Positions 17,536 to 26,207 of a DNA stretch of 64,000 nucleotides are shown here, one piece after another. The notes under the pieces were generated by a model that was given only the letters and a program-made list of their open reading frames with translations, did no database searches and was not told where the DNA came from. Both the position numbers and the translations under genes were made by a program. This stretch comes from a virus (taxonomy: Duplodnaviria; Caudoviricetes): positions 481 to 64,480 of IMG/VR virus record IMGVR_UViG_2865512620_000005, one strand, 5' to 3'. Positions within the stretch are counted from its first letter, which is position 1. Every line of letters begins with the position of its first letter.

Positions 17536-18713
17536 CCACCCGCGAATACGCCAAAAACCTGTTCTCCCAGTGGTCCGACGAAGATTTCTGCGACCAACCC
17601 ATCTTCGACAAGCTGTTCTTCCAGGTGCTCAACGGGCAGCGTGCCGTCAACGCGGCCGGCATCCAGCCCATCAACTTCACCCGCTGGCGCAAGGCCATGC
17701 GCGACGGCGACCGGCTCCCGGCCGTCGAGGACCTGCAGGCCGCACTCGTGCGGATGGAGCGCCGCGGCTACGTCTTCACCGACGAGGACGCGGGGGAGGT
17801 GTTGATCAGGTCGAGGATCCGCCGCGACGAACTCGATAAGCAGCCCACCATGTTCCTCGCCGCCCTGCGGATCTTGGCTGTGATCGACTCCCCGAAGTTC
17901 GCTGCCGTGCTGGCCACCGAGTTGAACCGGATGGACGTGCCGGACGTCAAGGGCGACAAGGACTATGCGAAGCGCCTCCGGGACTCGCTCAACCAGACGT
18001 ACGTCACGGCCCGAACGCACCTGAAAACCCTGGCCGACGGTTACCCGCAGCCGTTCCCTGAGCCGTTCGAGGGAGTCACCCCGGGACCCTCCCACGGACC
18101 CTCCACGAGACCCTCCCCGGGAGGGTCTGCGGGACCCTCCCCGCGACCTGGGGAAACAGGACCCACCCCGGGACCCTCCCCGAGACCCACCCAGGGACCC
18201 TCGGGTTCTGGTTCAGGTTCAGGTTCACTCACCTCCCTAGGTGGTTACGTTGGGGAACGCGCGCGAGCAGCCGAAACCGCCGACACCGAGCCCAACGGCC
18301 CCCGCAACGACCCCCCAATAGCCGCAGCACCACCGGACGACACCGACGACCCCGAGCCGCCTCGCCGCTGCAAAACCCACCGCGCACTCCCCGCAGACGC
18401 CGAAATCCCCGACTGCCCCCACTGCGGACACTTCCGCAAGGCCCACGAGCGCTGGACCGAACGCCATCGCACCGCCCACGCGCAAGCACAGTCCGCCGCC
18501 GCCCACGCACGAGCCGCACTCATCGCCGAAGCCATCCACGCCTGTGACCTATGCGACCCAGACGGCTACGTCCACGGCAGCACCCACATCGTCTGCAACC
18601 ACAACCCCGCCCAAGCCGACACCAACGCCCGCGGCATGGCAGCCGTCCGCGCCGCCCTCACAACCCGAACCACCACCACCGACCCAGCCGAGGAAGCACA
18701 GGCCGATGCGTGA
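17532..18713 (+). CDS. Putative replication initiator (Rep) with C-terminal Zn-binding region
   Basis: N-terminal helical domain typical of actinophage Rep-like proteins, central repeat-encoded Pro/Ser linker, C-terminal Cys/His clusters. Confidence 0.65.
   Translation: MTTREYAKNLFSQWSDEDFCDQPIFDKLFFQVLNGQRAVNAAGIQPINFTRWRKAMRDGDRLPAVEDLQAALVRMERRGYVFTDEDAGEVLIRSRIRRDELDKQPTMFLAALRILAVIDSPKFAAVLATELNRMDVPDVKGDKDYAKRLRDSLNQTYVTARTHLKTLADGYPQPFPEPFEGVTPGPSHGPSTRPSPGGSAGPSPRPGETGPTPGPSPRPTQGPSGSGSGSGSLTSLGGYVGERARAAETADTEPNGPRNDPPIAAAPPDDTDDPEPPRRCKTHRALPADAEIPDCPHCGHFRKAHERWTERHRTAHAQAQSAAAHARAALIAEAIHACDLCDPDGYVHGSTHIVCNHNPAQADTNARGMAAVRAALTTRTTTTDPAEEAQADA
18080..18228 (+). repeat. Iteron-like direct repeats (GACCCTCC / GACCCACC core, roughly 12-bp period)
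   Basis: About 9 imperfect copies inside the rep gene, one inverted (GGAGGGTC), followed by GGTTCA repeats. Confidence 0.7.
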
Positions 18714-19041
18714 CCCCTACGACCCCCACGCCGACGAACGCCAAGCCACCGGCCCCACCGCCGACCAAATCTGGGCATCCGAACAAAACCGCCGACGCCA
18801 CGCCGACCGCCTCCACGCCATCGCCAACTGCCCGCTCTGCGACACCGACGGCTACCGAGACACCCACGTCTGCGACCACACCGACCACCGCGCCGCAGCA
18901 CGACGAGGCATGGCCCAAATCCGAGCCGCCCTCAACCGTGACGAAACGCGTGACGAAACACCCCCGCCAGGCACAACCACACCAGAAACCCCCCAAACGC
19001 AGCCCCACGGCCACGCTGGGCCTCAAAAAACACGCCTGTAA
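18706..19041 (+). CDS. Stand-alone paralog of the Rep C-terminal Zn domain
   Basis: AIANCPLCDTDGY..VCDH..RRGMAQIRAAL. Confidence 0.7.
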   Translation: MRDPYDPHADERQATGPTADQIWASEQNRRRHADRLHAIANCPLCDTDGYRDTHVCDHTDHRAAARRGMAQIRAALNRDETRDETPPPGTTTPETPQTQPHGHAGPQKTRL

Positions 19042-19125
19042 TTCATCCCCGACGCCCAAAAACCGCACAAACCAAACCGGACCACAGTCCACCAACCAGC
19101 ACCCACCCAACAGAAAATCCACACC

Positions 19126-19599
19126 ATGCCCCCAGTCATGAACCGCAAAGCCAGCAACAAACGCTGCGAACAAGCCTGGGAACTGCGCTGCTCCGGACGA
19201 ACCTGGAGCGAGGTCGCACGCGAGGTCGGCTACAACTCGCCCCAGGCCGCACTCAAGGCCGTCAAGAGCTGGCTGGAGAAGAACCCGCCCGACGAGCTCG
19301 AGACGATGCGGCGGGCGTCGGGCGACATGCTGACCCGCGGCATCGACAAGCTGTTCAAGGCCATGGAGGTCGCCGAGCAGCGAGGCGAACTACGGACGTT
19401 GGCCGAGCTGGTCAAGGTGGCGTTCGACGGCATCGACAAGCGCGCGAAGCTGCGGGGCGAGTGGGTTGCGGTTCCGACGCAGGTTGACGTGACGGTGACG
19501 CAGACGATGACCGAGATCCTGACCGACACCCGCGCTCGGCTGCTCGATGCGATCGACGCCGAGGTGGTCGAACTGCCGGCCGAACGGAGCGAAGCATGA
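19126..19599 (+). CDS. terS: Terminase small subunit (HTH)
   Basis: AWELRCSGRTWSEVAREVGY..., DKRAKLRG...PTQVDVTV; upstream of terL. Confidence 0.65.
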   Translation: MPPVMNRKASNKRCEQAWELRCSGRTWSEVAREVGYNSPQAALKAVKSWLEKNPPDELETMRRASGDMLTRGIDKLFKAMEVAEQRGELRTLAELVKVAFDGIDKRAKLRGEWVAVPTQVDVTVTQTMTEILTDTRARLLDAIDAEVVELPAERSEA

Positions 19600-20015
19600 C
19601 CACTACCGAGCAAATGAAGGCTGCCGCGAAGGCCGCGAAAAAGGCCGGCGTGGACGCGGCGATGTCGCTGGCCGAGGACATCGCTACGGGCCGGCTCGAC
19701 CCCGCCGCGCTCGACGCCGCAGCGGCCGCTGAGGCTCGGGCACTGTTCGCACGCGTCGAGGGCCCCGACGATCCGCTGTGGGAGCTGCATGTGGACGTGG
19801 CGCGCCAGGTGCTCGCTGTCGGTGGTGGCATCCCGGCCGGTGAGCTTGCGGAGTGGCTGGCGGTCACCAGGGCGGCCGAAGGCGTCGAGGCTGAGCCGGA
19901 CGCCGACGCGGGGGACTGGACGGCGGAGGCGTGCGACGAGGTACTGGCCTGGCCGGATAGTGGTGTCGCAAAACTAAAGCAAAGCGACAGCACTGAGGAC
20001 ACGCCCGACCCCTAG
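19596..20015 (+). CDS. Hypothetical protein coupled to terS
   Basis: 4-bp overlap; its 3' end runs into the res-like site. Confidence 0.65.
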   Translation: MTTTEQMKAAAKAAKKAGVDAAMSLAEDIATGRLDPAALDAAAAAEARALFARVEGPDDPLWELHVDVARQVLAVGGGIPAGELAEWLAVTRAAEGVEAEPDADAGDWTAEACDEVLAWPDSGVAKLKQSDSTEDTPDP

Positions 20016-20100
20016 CGTTTCCGCAGGATGGAGTTACGCAAAAGTCGCCGCAAAACTGGATAAGCAATATTGCGTTTTGCGATACTTTTGCGATAGTCTC
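19960..20100. promoter_or_regulatory. res-like resolvase binding site with overlapping leaderless promoter
   Basis: TGTCGC-N14-GCGACA; CGCAAAAG..CGCAAAAC versus GTTTTGCG..CTTTTGCG inverted pairs; TTGCGT-N18-TAGTCT ending 6 nt before GTG 20106; AT-rich. Confidence 0.65.
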
Positions 20101-20105
20101 TAGTC

Positions 20106-20339
20106 GTGACCAAGACCCGCCCCCAGACCACCACCGACGAAGTCATCGCCGCCATCACCGCGGCCGGCCTCGACTACCACGACTTCAAGTGCGAGTACGC
20201 CGCCAAGCTCACCGCTCACTATCCGGTGTGGGTCGCCATCGCCGAGATGGCACGCACCGACGCCGCCAGCATCGCGGCCTGGAAGATCAGCGGCCGCCCC
20301 GACCCGTACACCACCGCGGTATGGCTCGGGGCCGCTTGA
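20106..20339 (+). CDS. Hypothetical protein
   Basis: Leaderless start; coupled to the resolvase. Confidence 0.55.
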   Translation: MTKTRPQTTTDEVIAAITAAGLDYHDFKCEYAAKLTAHYPVWVAIAEMARTDAASIAAWKISGRPDPYTTAVWLGAA

Positions 20340-20935
20340 TGTCGGGCGCGCTGCTCGGGTACGCCCGTGTGTCGACAGGTCACCAGTCCCTCGACCAGCA
20401 GGCCGACGCGCTCGCGGCGGCCGGCGTCGACGCTGATCGGGTCTACAGCGACAAACTCACCGGCACGTCGACCCGCGATGAACGACCCGGCCTGGCCGCC
20501 CTGCTGGACTACGCCCGGGAGGGCGACACCATCGTGGTCGTTGGCATCGACCGCCTGGGCCGCAACGCCGCCGAGGTGATGCTGACCATCCGGGATCTCG
20601 GGCAGCGGGGCATCGTGCTGCGCAGTCTGCGTGAGGGCATCGACACCTCGAACGCGACAGGCCGCATGATCGCCGGGGTGCTGGCGTCGCTGGCCGAGTT
20701 GGAGTTGGAGCTGGGCCGGGAGCGGCGTGCCGCTGCTCGGGAGGCGCGGCGGTCGCGTGGGCAGCCGATCGGCCGACCGCGGGCGCTCACTGACGCGCAG
20801 GTGGAGCAGGTGTTGAAGCTGCACGCTGCGGGGGAGCAGGTCGCGGATATCGCGAAGTCGTTCCGCGTGGGGCGTGACACGGTGTATCGAGTGATCCGCG
20901 CAGCAGCGGACGAATCAGAGTCGGAGGGTATGTGA
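20339..20935 (+). CDS. Small serine recombinase (resolvase/invertase)
   Basis: LGYARVST (catalytic Ser), RPGL, DRLGR, GRP linker and C-terminal HTH. Confidence 0.95.
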   Translation: MSGALLGYARVSTGHQSLDQQADALAAAGVDADRVYSDKLTGTSTRDERPGLAALLDYAREGDTIVVVGIDRLGRNAAEVMLTIRDLGQRGIVLRSLREGIDTSNATGRMIAGVLASLAELELELGRERRAAAREARRSRGQPIGRPRALTDAQVEQVLKLHAAGEQVADIAKSFRVGRDTVYRVIRAAADESESEGM

Positions 20936-21153
20936 TGGGTGACGTGAACGTGACGTTCTTCGTGCGGTACGAGGTGTTGCTGGGTGACGGGGAATGGACC
21001 GCCAGAGAATTCGGCCCGGTCAGTGACGAGTCGGCGGCGCATGCGTTCTTCGAGGACCAGGTTTACGGGACGGGGCCGCAGGTGCGGAACACGGAGATTG
21101 TGCGTCGTGAGGAGCGGGTGATCCAGGCGCAGGACGGCGCTGCCGGTGGGTGA
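20932..21153 (+). CDS. Hypothetical protein
   Basis: GGAGGG RBS; coupled. Confidence 0.5.
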   Translation: MMGDVNVTFFVRYEVLLGDGEWTAREFGPVSDESAAHAFFEDQVYGTGPQVRNTEIVRREERVIQAQDGAAGG

Positions 21154-21475
21154 GCCAGCGCGGTGCCCGCGGTGCATGGCAGTGCTCGAATTGGTGGGCC
21201 CGGACGCTGCGGGTGTGGTGCGGTGCGCGGGATGCGGTGACGACGTGACGGAGTTCGTGAAAGCTCAGATGGAGTTTTACGAGGCCATCATTCAGGTTGG
21301 TCGTCGTAGGCGTCGGGCTGAGCGGTGGCGTCAGCTCCAGATCGGGGCGGTGGTGCTGGTGGTGCTGCTCGGTCTGTTTCCGGCGACGCGGCCGGTGTTG
21401 TTGCCGTTGGCCGCGTTTGGTGTGGGTGTGTGGATGGTTTCGGGGTTGTGGCGGCTGTTTACGGGGCGTCTCTGA
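21146..21475 (+). CDS. Zn-ribbon plus two-TM membrane protein
   Basis: CPRC..CAGC then two hydrophobic segments. Confidence 0.55.
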   Translation: MGEPARCPRCMAVLELVGPDAAGVVRCAGCGDDVTEFVKAQMEFYEAIIQVGRRRRRAERWRQLQIGAVVLVVLLGLFPATRPVLLPLAAFGVGVWMVSGLWRLFTGRL

Positions 21476-21490
21476 CCTGCAATCCAATTT

Positions 21491-21532
21491 GTCTAGCGCG
21501 CTTGACTAGAAATAGTCTAGCGCGCTAGACTA
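21491..21532 (+). promoter_or_regulatory. hicAB promoter with two palindromic operators
   Basis: TTGACT-N18-TAGACT; perfect palindrome TAGTCTAGCGCGCTAGACTA (21513-21532) and imperfect copy GTCTAGCGCGCTTGAC (21491-21506); ATG 6 nt after the -10. Confidence 0.8.
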
Positions 21533-21537
21533 AAGTC

Positions 21538-21759
21538 ATGATCGCACCGGCGCCCACCCGAGAAATCGTCAAGCAGCTCAAAGACGCGCGCTTCACCAAG
21601 CGTGACGGCAAGGGCAGCCACACCGTGTGGACCTGCCCGCACGGCCGCTACAGCGTCTCGGTGGACACCGGAGGTCGGACCATCAGCCCGGGCGTGCGCC
21701 GCCAGGTCAACAACGTGATCGATCGGTGCGCAACCGACTGCAAGGACGAGGAGGACTGA
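21538..21759 (+). CDS. hicA: HicA-family mRNA interferase toxin
   Basis: REIVKQLKDARF..RDGKGSHTVW...ISPGVRRQV. Confidence 0.85.
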   Translation: MIAPAPTREIVKQLKDARFTKRDGKGSHTVWTCPHGRYSVSVDTGGRTISPGVRRQVNNVIDRCATDCKDEED

Positions 21760-21761
21760 AC

Positions 21762-22175
21762 ATGCACACCTACAAGGTCAACGTCACCCGCGACGACAAG
21801 TGGTGGATGATCACCGTGCCCGAGCTCGACGGGTACGTGACCGCCGACGGTTCGATCAACCTCTCCGACACGACTCAGGCGCGCCGGCTCGCCGACGTCC
21901 CCGGCCAGGCGCTCGACTTCATCTGCACCGTGGTCGATGCCGCTCCCTCGGAAGTCGGTGTGGAGATTTCGATCAGTGTCGACGACATCGACGTGACGGC
22001 TATCGCTGACGAGGTGGCCAAGGAGCGGGAACTGGCGGAGCGGCATGCGGCCGCGGCTCAGGAATACGCCAAGACGTTGGCCCGCAGCCTCTCGGCGCAC
22101 GGGGTGGCGGTGCGCGACGTCGGTGAGGTGTTAGGCGTGTCGTTTCAGCGCGCGCAGCAGTTGATCTCGGCTTAG
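21762..22175 (+). CDS. hicB: HicB-like antitoxin with C-terminal HTH
   Basis: YKVNVTRDDKWWMITVPEL...TTQARRL..., VRDVGEVLGVSFQRAQQL. Confidence 0.85.
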   Translation: MHTYKVNVTRDDKWWMITVPELDGYVTADGSINLSDTTQARRLADVPGQALDFICTVVDAAPSEVGVEISISVDDIDVTAIADEVAKERELAERHAAAAQEYAKTLARSLSAHGVAVRDVGEVLGVSFQRAQQLISA

Positions 22176-22264
22176 ACACCGTCTTTGACGTTTGCGTCAC
22201 GCAAGTGCGCGGTCGACGCTAGCGTGTGGTCGCTGCGGCAAGGTGTCGCGGCGGAGAGGGGAAC

Positions 22265-22426
22265 ATGGCTGATTTGACGGAAGAAACGCGGGACGCGTTG
22301 TTGGCGGCGATCAAGAACCGCGCTGCGACTGAGAATGCCAAGGGGTTGGAGTCGCTGGCAGTGGCTTTCGCGTTCACAGTTGGGGCGTACAGGCAGCGCG
22401 TCCCGGGCTACACCCCGTCGTCGTAG
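22265..22426 (+). CDS. Small hypothetical protein
   Basis: GGAGAGGGG RBS; 53 aa. Confidence 0.5.
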   Translation: MADLTEETRDALLAAIKNRAATENAKGLESLAVAFAFTVGAYRQRVPGYTPSS

Positions 22427-22461
22427 CCGATCGGAGCACCGGGGCGTGACACTCTTCGCGG

Positions 22462-23991
22462 GTGTCCGCCCCGGTTGCGTTGTTGACGGCTGTTCGCCAC
22501 GTGCGGGCCATCCGCGCCCAACGTCGGCCGGCGACCCCTGCGGAGCTGGCACGTCGCCTCGACCCGAAATTTCGTGTGACGCCCACGATCCGGCTGCTGT
22601 CCGACCTCGCGGTCCGGTCCGTCAACGAGCCCGACGAGCGCGACGCAGTGTCGACGCCGCCGCGGACCGGCAAGTCGCGGATGCTGGCCATCTGGACGTC
22701 GGTCTGGGCGCTGATGCAGAACCCGGACCTCGAAATCGTGATCGTGTCCTACTCGGATGAGCTGGCGCAGGTGCATTCTCGTGAGGTCCGCAAGATCATC
22801 AACGAGCACGGCGACTTTCTCGGCTTCCGGTTGGCGCGGGACAAGACGGCGGTTGGTCAGTGGCGCGTCGAGGGCCACGAAGGCGGCGTCCTGGCGACGG
22901 GCATCAACTCGGGTGTGACGGGTTTCGGCGCGGATCTGATGATCATCGATGACCCGGTTAAGGATGCGGCGGAGGCGGATTCGAAGGCGCACCGCAAGCG
23001 CGTGCTGAACGAATTCCAGTCGACGTTGTCGACGCGTGTGCACCCGGGCGGCTCGATCCTGTTGGTGATGACCCGTTGGCATGAGGAGGATCTGGCCGGC
23101 GCGTTGTTGAAGCAGGATCCGAAGCGGTGGCGGCGCACCAACATTCCCGCCGTGAGCGACGCGAAGATTCCTGACGCGTTGGGTCGGCCGCCGGGTGTGG
23201 CGATGATCTCGGCGCTGGGCTACACGGCAGCGGATTTCGCGGCGACGCGCCGCATGGTGGGGGAGCGGGTGTGGTTCGCGCTGTATTGCGGGGAGCCGAA
23301 GACCCCGGCGGGCAGCTTGGTGAAAGCGGCGTGGTTGGACGGGTGGCGGTTGCCGGTGGCGCCGGCGCGGCCGGTGTTCACGGTGGTGGCTGTGGACCCG
23401 AGCGATTCGGGTGAGGGCGACTCGTGCGGTTTGGTGGCGACGTCGATGACGGCTGGCGGTGTGGTGGCGATGATCGCGGACATCTCGGCGCCGATGACGT
23501 CGGACGCGTGGGCCGTGGCTGCGGTGGACCTCGCGGTGAAGGTGGGGGCGAGTCAGATCACGGTGGAGGGGTTTTCCGCGCGGGAGACGTATGTGCGGGT
23601 GGTTCGGGCGGCGATCGGGCGGGCGGTCGAGGCAGGCACGTTGGGCCGTGAGATTCGGGTGACGTCGTGGCCGCCGAAAGGCCGCGCGCGGGTGGGGGAT
23701 GCGGTGGCCCGTTCGGCGGCATTGCTGCAGGCGCTGGAAACCGGAACCTGCCGTCTGGCGGGGCATTTCCCCGATTTCGAGATCAAAGCGGTGGCGTGGC
23801 AGGCGGGCCAGCATCAGCCGGACAACCTGGCAGCGCTGGTGATTGGCCACGATGAATGCGTGCATGCCGCTGGCCTGGAGTGGGACATGGCGGCACCGCT
23901 GACCGAGGGCCAGGGCGCGGCGTCGGACGGGCCGGAGCGCGGTGGCTCGGTGGTGAGCATGGACGATTGGATGTCGCGCAAGATCGGGTGA
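22462..23991 (+). CDS. terL: Terminase large subunit
   Basis: Walker A STPPRTGKS, Walker B LMIIDDP, MTRWHEEDL, VAVDPS nuclease motif, HQPD. Confidence 0.92.
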   Translation: MSAPVALLTAVRHVRAIRAQRRPATPAELARRLDPKFRVTPTIRLLSDLAVRSVNEPDERDAVSTPPRTGKSRMLAIWTSVWALMQNPDLEIVIVSYSDELAQVHSREVRKIINEHGDFLGFRLARDKTAVGQWRVEGHEGGVLATGINSGVTGFGADLMIIDDPVKDAAEADSKAHRKRVLNEFQSTLSTRVHPGGSILLVMTRWHEEDLAGALLKQDPKRWRRTNIPAVSDAKIPDALGRPPGVAMISALGYTAADFAATRRMVGERVWFALYCGEPKTPAGSLVKAAWLDGWRLPVAPARPVFTVVAVDPSDSGEGDSCGLVATSMTAGGVVAMIADISAPMTSDAWAVAAVDLAVKVGASQITVEGFSARETYVRVVRAAIGRAVEAGTLGREIRVTSWPPKGRARVGDAVARSAALLQALETGTCRLAGHFPDFEIKAVAWQAGQHQPDNLAALVIGHDECVHAAGLEWDMAAPLTEGQGAASDGPERGGSVVSMDDWMSRKIG

Positions 23992-24070
23992 CGTCTGCGG
24001 CGAACACGGCGCACTGTGTGGAGTTGGGGCTGATGTCCGCCGGGTCCGCAAGCACGCCATACTGCCAAGT

Positions 24071-25066
24071 GTGGACGACACAGAGTATCTCGCATCACCC
24101 GCTGGCCAGGCGTACTACAACTTCCATGAGTTCATGGAGAGGGTCTTTCACCTCACCAACATGGCAAAATCTGGTATTGGAATTACTAGCGGCTTAGGAA
24201 TGTTATTTATTAGGGCCCTATCTAAAGATGATAAGTACAAAGACGAACTCAAACGGCTCGAAAAGGTTGCCAAAGACCCACTTCTTCACTCAATGTCCAT
24301 AATGGCCGCTTGGGGAGCCTTCGATGCGTTCATTGATGACTTCTGCAAAGGAGTGTTAGCTGCCGATCCGTCGTTACTGGAAGATAAAGACATAAAGAAC
24401 AAAAGTGTAAAGGTTCACCACCTTCTAGCGCCGCAGGAAGTCAAGCTCGAATTGGTCTATGAAGCAATCAAGTCCAGCATCGATACGCGCAAGGTCGAAG
24501 AACGCGTCGAACAGACCCTCGGATTTCTCAATCTCAATACACCGCAGACAGCGTCGTCAATCACAGCGGCATTCGTCGACTCGTACAAGATTCGAAACGT
24601 ATGGGCGCACAGTTCCGGAAGAGCCGACGCGAAGTTCGTCAAAGAAGCGAGGCACCTTGGATTCAATGTCGGTGATGAAGTCTCACTGACGTTGGATCAG
24701 ACAACTCATTACGTCGGTGCCATCTGGTACTACGGTCTGGCAGTTAATAACCGACTGAGGCTCAAATACAATTTGGAGCCAGCAATCCTTCTAACAGATG
24801 CTGTAGGCGCAAAACTAAAACAAGACTTCCATAAAATGTACCCCCAGTATCCCCACATAAAGCAAACTGGAACTGGACCCGGCTGGTGGGCCGAGACACC
24901 CGAGGAGATGGAGCAGACACGGCTCGCGTCAGAAGCTGCAGCGAGCGCGGCCGACGCTACCCCGGACTCTCCACCAGATGCGTCAAGGCCAGTGTCGGAT
25001 GCACCTTCGCCAACTCCTCCAGATGGGGAAGAACCCCCAGCTGGCGCCCGTGGCCAAGGCGACTAG
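24071..25066 (+). CDS. Low-GC accessory gene, HEPN-like (RxxxxH) putative RNase
   Basis: KIRNVWAHSSG motif and a SIMAAWGAFDAFIDD helix; clearly more AT-rich than its flanks. Confidence 0.65.
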   Translation: MDDTEYLASPAGQAYYNFHEFMERVFHLTNMAKSGIGITSGLGMLFIRALSKDDKYKDELKRLEKVAKDPLLHSMSIMAAWGAFDAFIDDFCKGVLAADPSLLEDKDIKNKSVKVHHLLAPQEVKLELVYEAIKSSIDTRKVEERVEQTLGFLNLNTPQTASSITAAFVDSYKIRNVWAHSSGRADAKFVKEARHLGFNVGDEVSLTLDQTTHYVGAIWYYGLAVNNRLRLKYNLEPAILLTDAVGAKLKQDFHKMYPQYPHIKQTGTGPGWWAETPEEMEQTRLASEAAASAADATPDSPPDASRPVSDAPSPTPPDGEEPPAGARGQGD

Positions 25067-25189
25067 CTGACGTAGCAAGCCTTCGCCCTTCACCTATGCA
25101 GTGCTGCGGGTCACTCGCAGCGTAACGTTTTGGGTGTCAACATGTTCCGTGCGCACAGCTCACTGACTGGTGGGCTTACGGTGGCGTTC

Positions 25190-25705
25190 GTGACGCAGCC
25201 TCCACGCTGGCAGCCTGATGAGCACATGGTTGCCGCGGTGCTGTCGACGCCGAAAGCCTCGCGGAAGATGACGGAGCTGTCGGACGCTGACCGGGCCTGG
25301 CTCGTCGCCGGTCTGACGCTCGCTGGGGTGACGGCGCAGGACATCGCCGACCGTATGTCGTGCTCGCTGCGGTTGGTGCGGTCGATCCGCGCGGAGGACA
25401 TCACCCAGATGGCCGTCGTGGCGCAGACCGAAACGCGTGCGCTCGGTGACGATCTGCGCACTGAGCGTTGCGATCACGCGTTGACCCGCCGGAATCTGGC
25501 TGAGGCTGAGGCGGAGCTGGAGCGACTGCGGGCCCAGTTCGATCAGGTCGTCGACGCCCACATGACCGGCGAGTTGAAGACCTTCCCGAGGTGCGGGCAT
25601 CCGATGGTGCCGTACAACACCTACGAGCACGGCGGCCGGAAGTGGTGCCGGACCTGTGGCCGGAAGCGGAAAGCTGAGAGCCGTAGGGCATTAGCTGCCG
25701 TCTGA
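25190..25705 (+). CDS. HTH DNA-binding protein with coiled coil and C-terminal Zn ribbon
   Basis: LAGVTAQDIADRMSCSLRLVRSIR; CGH...WCRTCGR; start uncertain. Confidence 0.7.
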   Translation: MTQPPRWQPDEHMVAAVLSTPKASRKMTELSDADRAWLVAGLTLAGVTAQDIADRMSCSLRLVRSIRAEDITQMAVVAQTETRALGDDLRTERCDHALTRRNLAEAEAELERLRAQFDQVVDAHMTGELKTFPRCGHPMVPYNTYEHGGRKWCRTCGRKRKAESRRALAAV

Positions 25706-25763
25706 CCTGCGGTGTCCTCACCGGTTGGGACAGTTTCACCCCTGCTACATAGCGTCCCGGCCC

Positions 25764-26180
25764 ATGAATCTTAGTCTCGGACAATCCATTCTGATTCTCG
25801 TCGTCTACGTGCTGGCCGTGATGCGGCTCGTGCGCCTGGTCAACTTCGACACCGTGCTGGACCCGTTGCGGATTCGGATCGCACGCCGGGCCCAGACCGC
25901 GAAGTTGGCCGGTGAAGAGGCGGAGGTGAACATGCAGCCCATCGCGGCGGAGCTGCATCTGCGGACGATGGCGCGGTGGAACACTCTGGCGTACTTCCTG
26001 GGATGCCCGTGGTGCGTGGGGTTTTGGCTGTCGCTGGCCACGGCAATCTTGCCGGTGTGGCTGATCGGGTGGCCGTGGTGGGCGGCGTTCGGAGTCGCGT
26101 TGGCCACCAGCCACCTCGTCGGGCTGGCGGCGCCGTTGACGGCGGACGAGGACATGGAGATCGTCGAGAACGCCGAGTAA
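25764..26180 (+). CDS. DUF1360-like membrane protein
   Basis: LAVMRLVRLVNFDTVLDPLR...LGCPWCVGFW. Confidence 0.75.
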   Translation: MNLSLGQSILILVVYVLAVMRLVRLVNFDTVLDPLRIRIARRAQTAKLAGEEAEVNMQPIAAELHLRTMARWNTLAYFLGCPWCVGFWLSLATAILPVWLIGWPWWAAFGVALATSHLVGLAAPLTADEDMEIVENAE

Positions 26181-26207
26181 ACACCCAGCTTGGCTACCGT
26201 CTCGCTC

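Noticed and set aside
18080-18228. CRISPR-like array
   Set aside because: The repeats are short, lack unique spacers, lie in frame within a gene, and no cas genes are present.
20339-20935. Gin/Cin-type tail-fibre inversion system
   Set aside because: The recombinase is about 30 kb from the fibre genes, all fibre genes are co-oriented, and no flanking inverted sites were seen.
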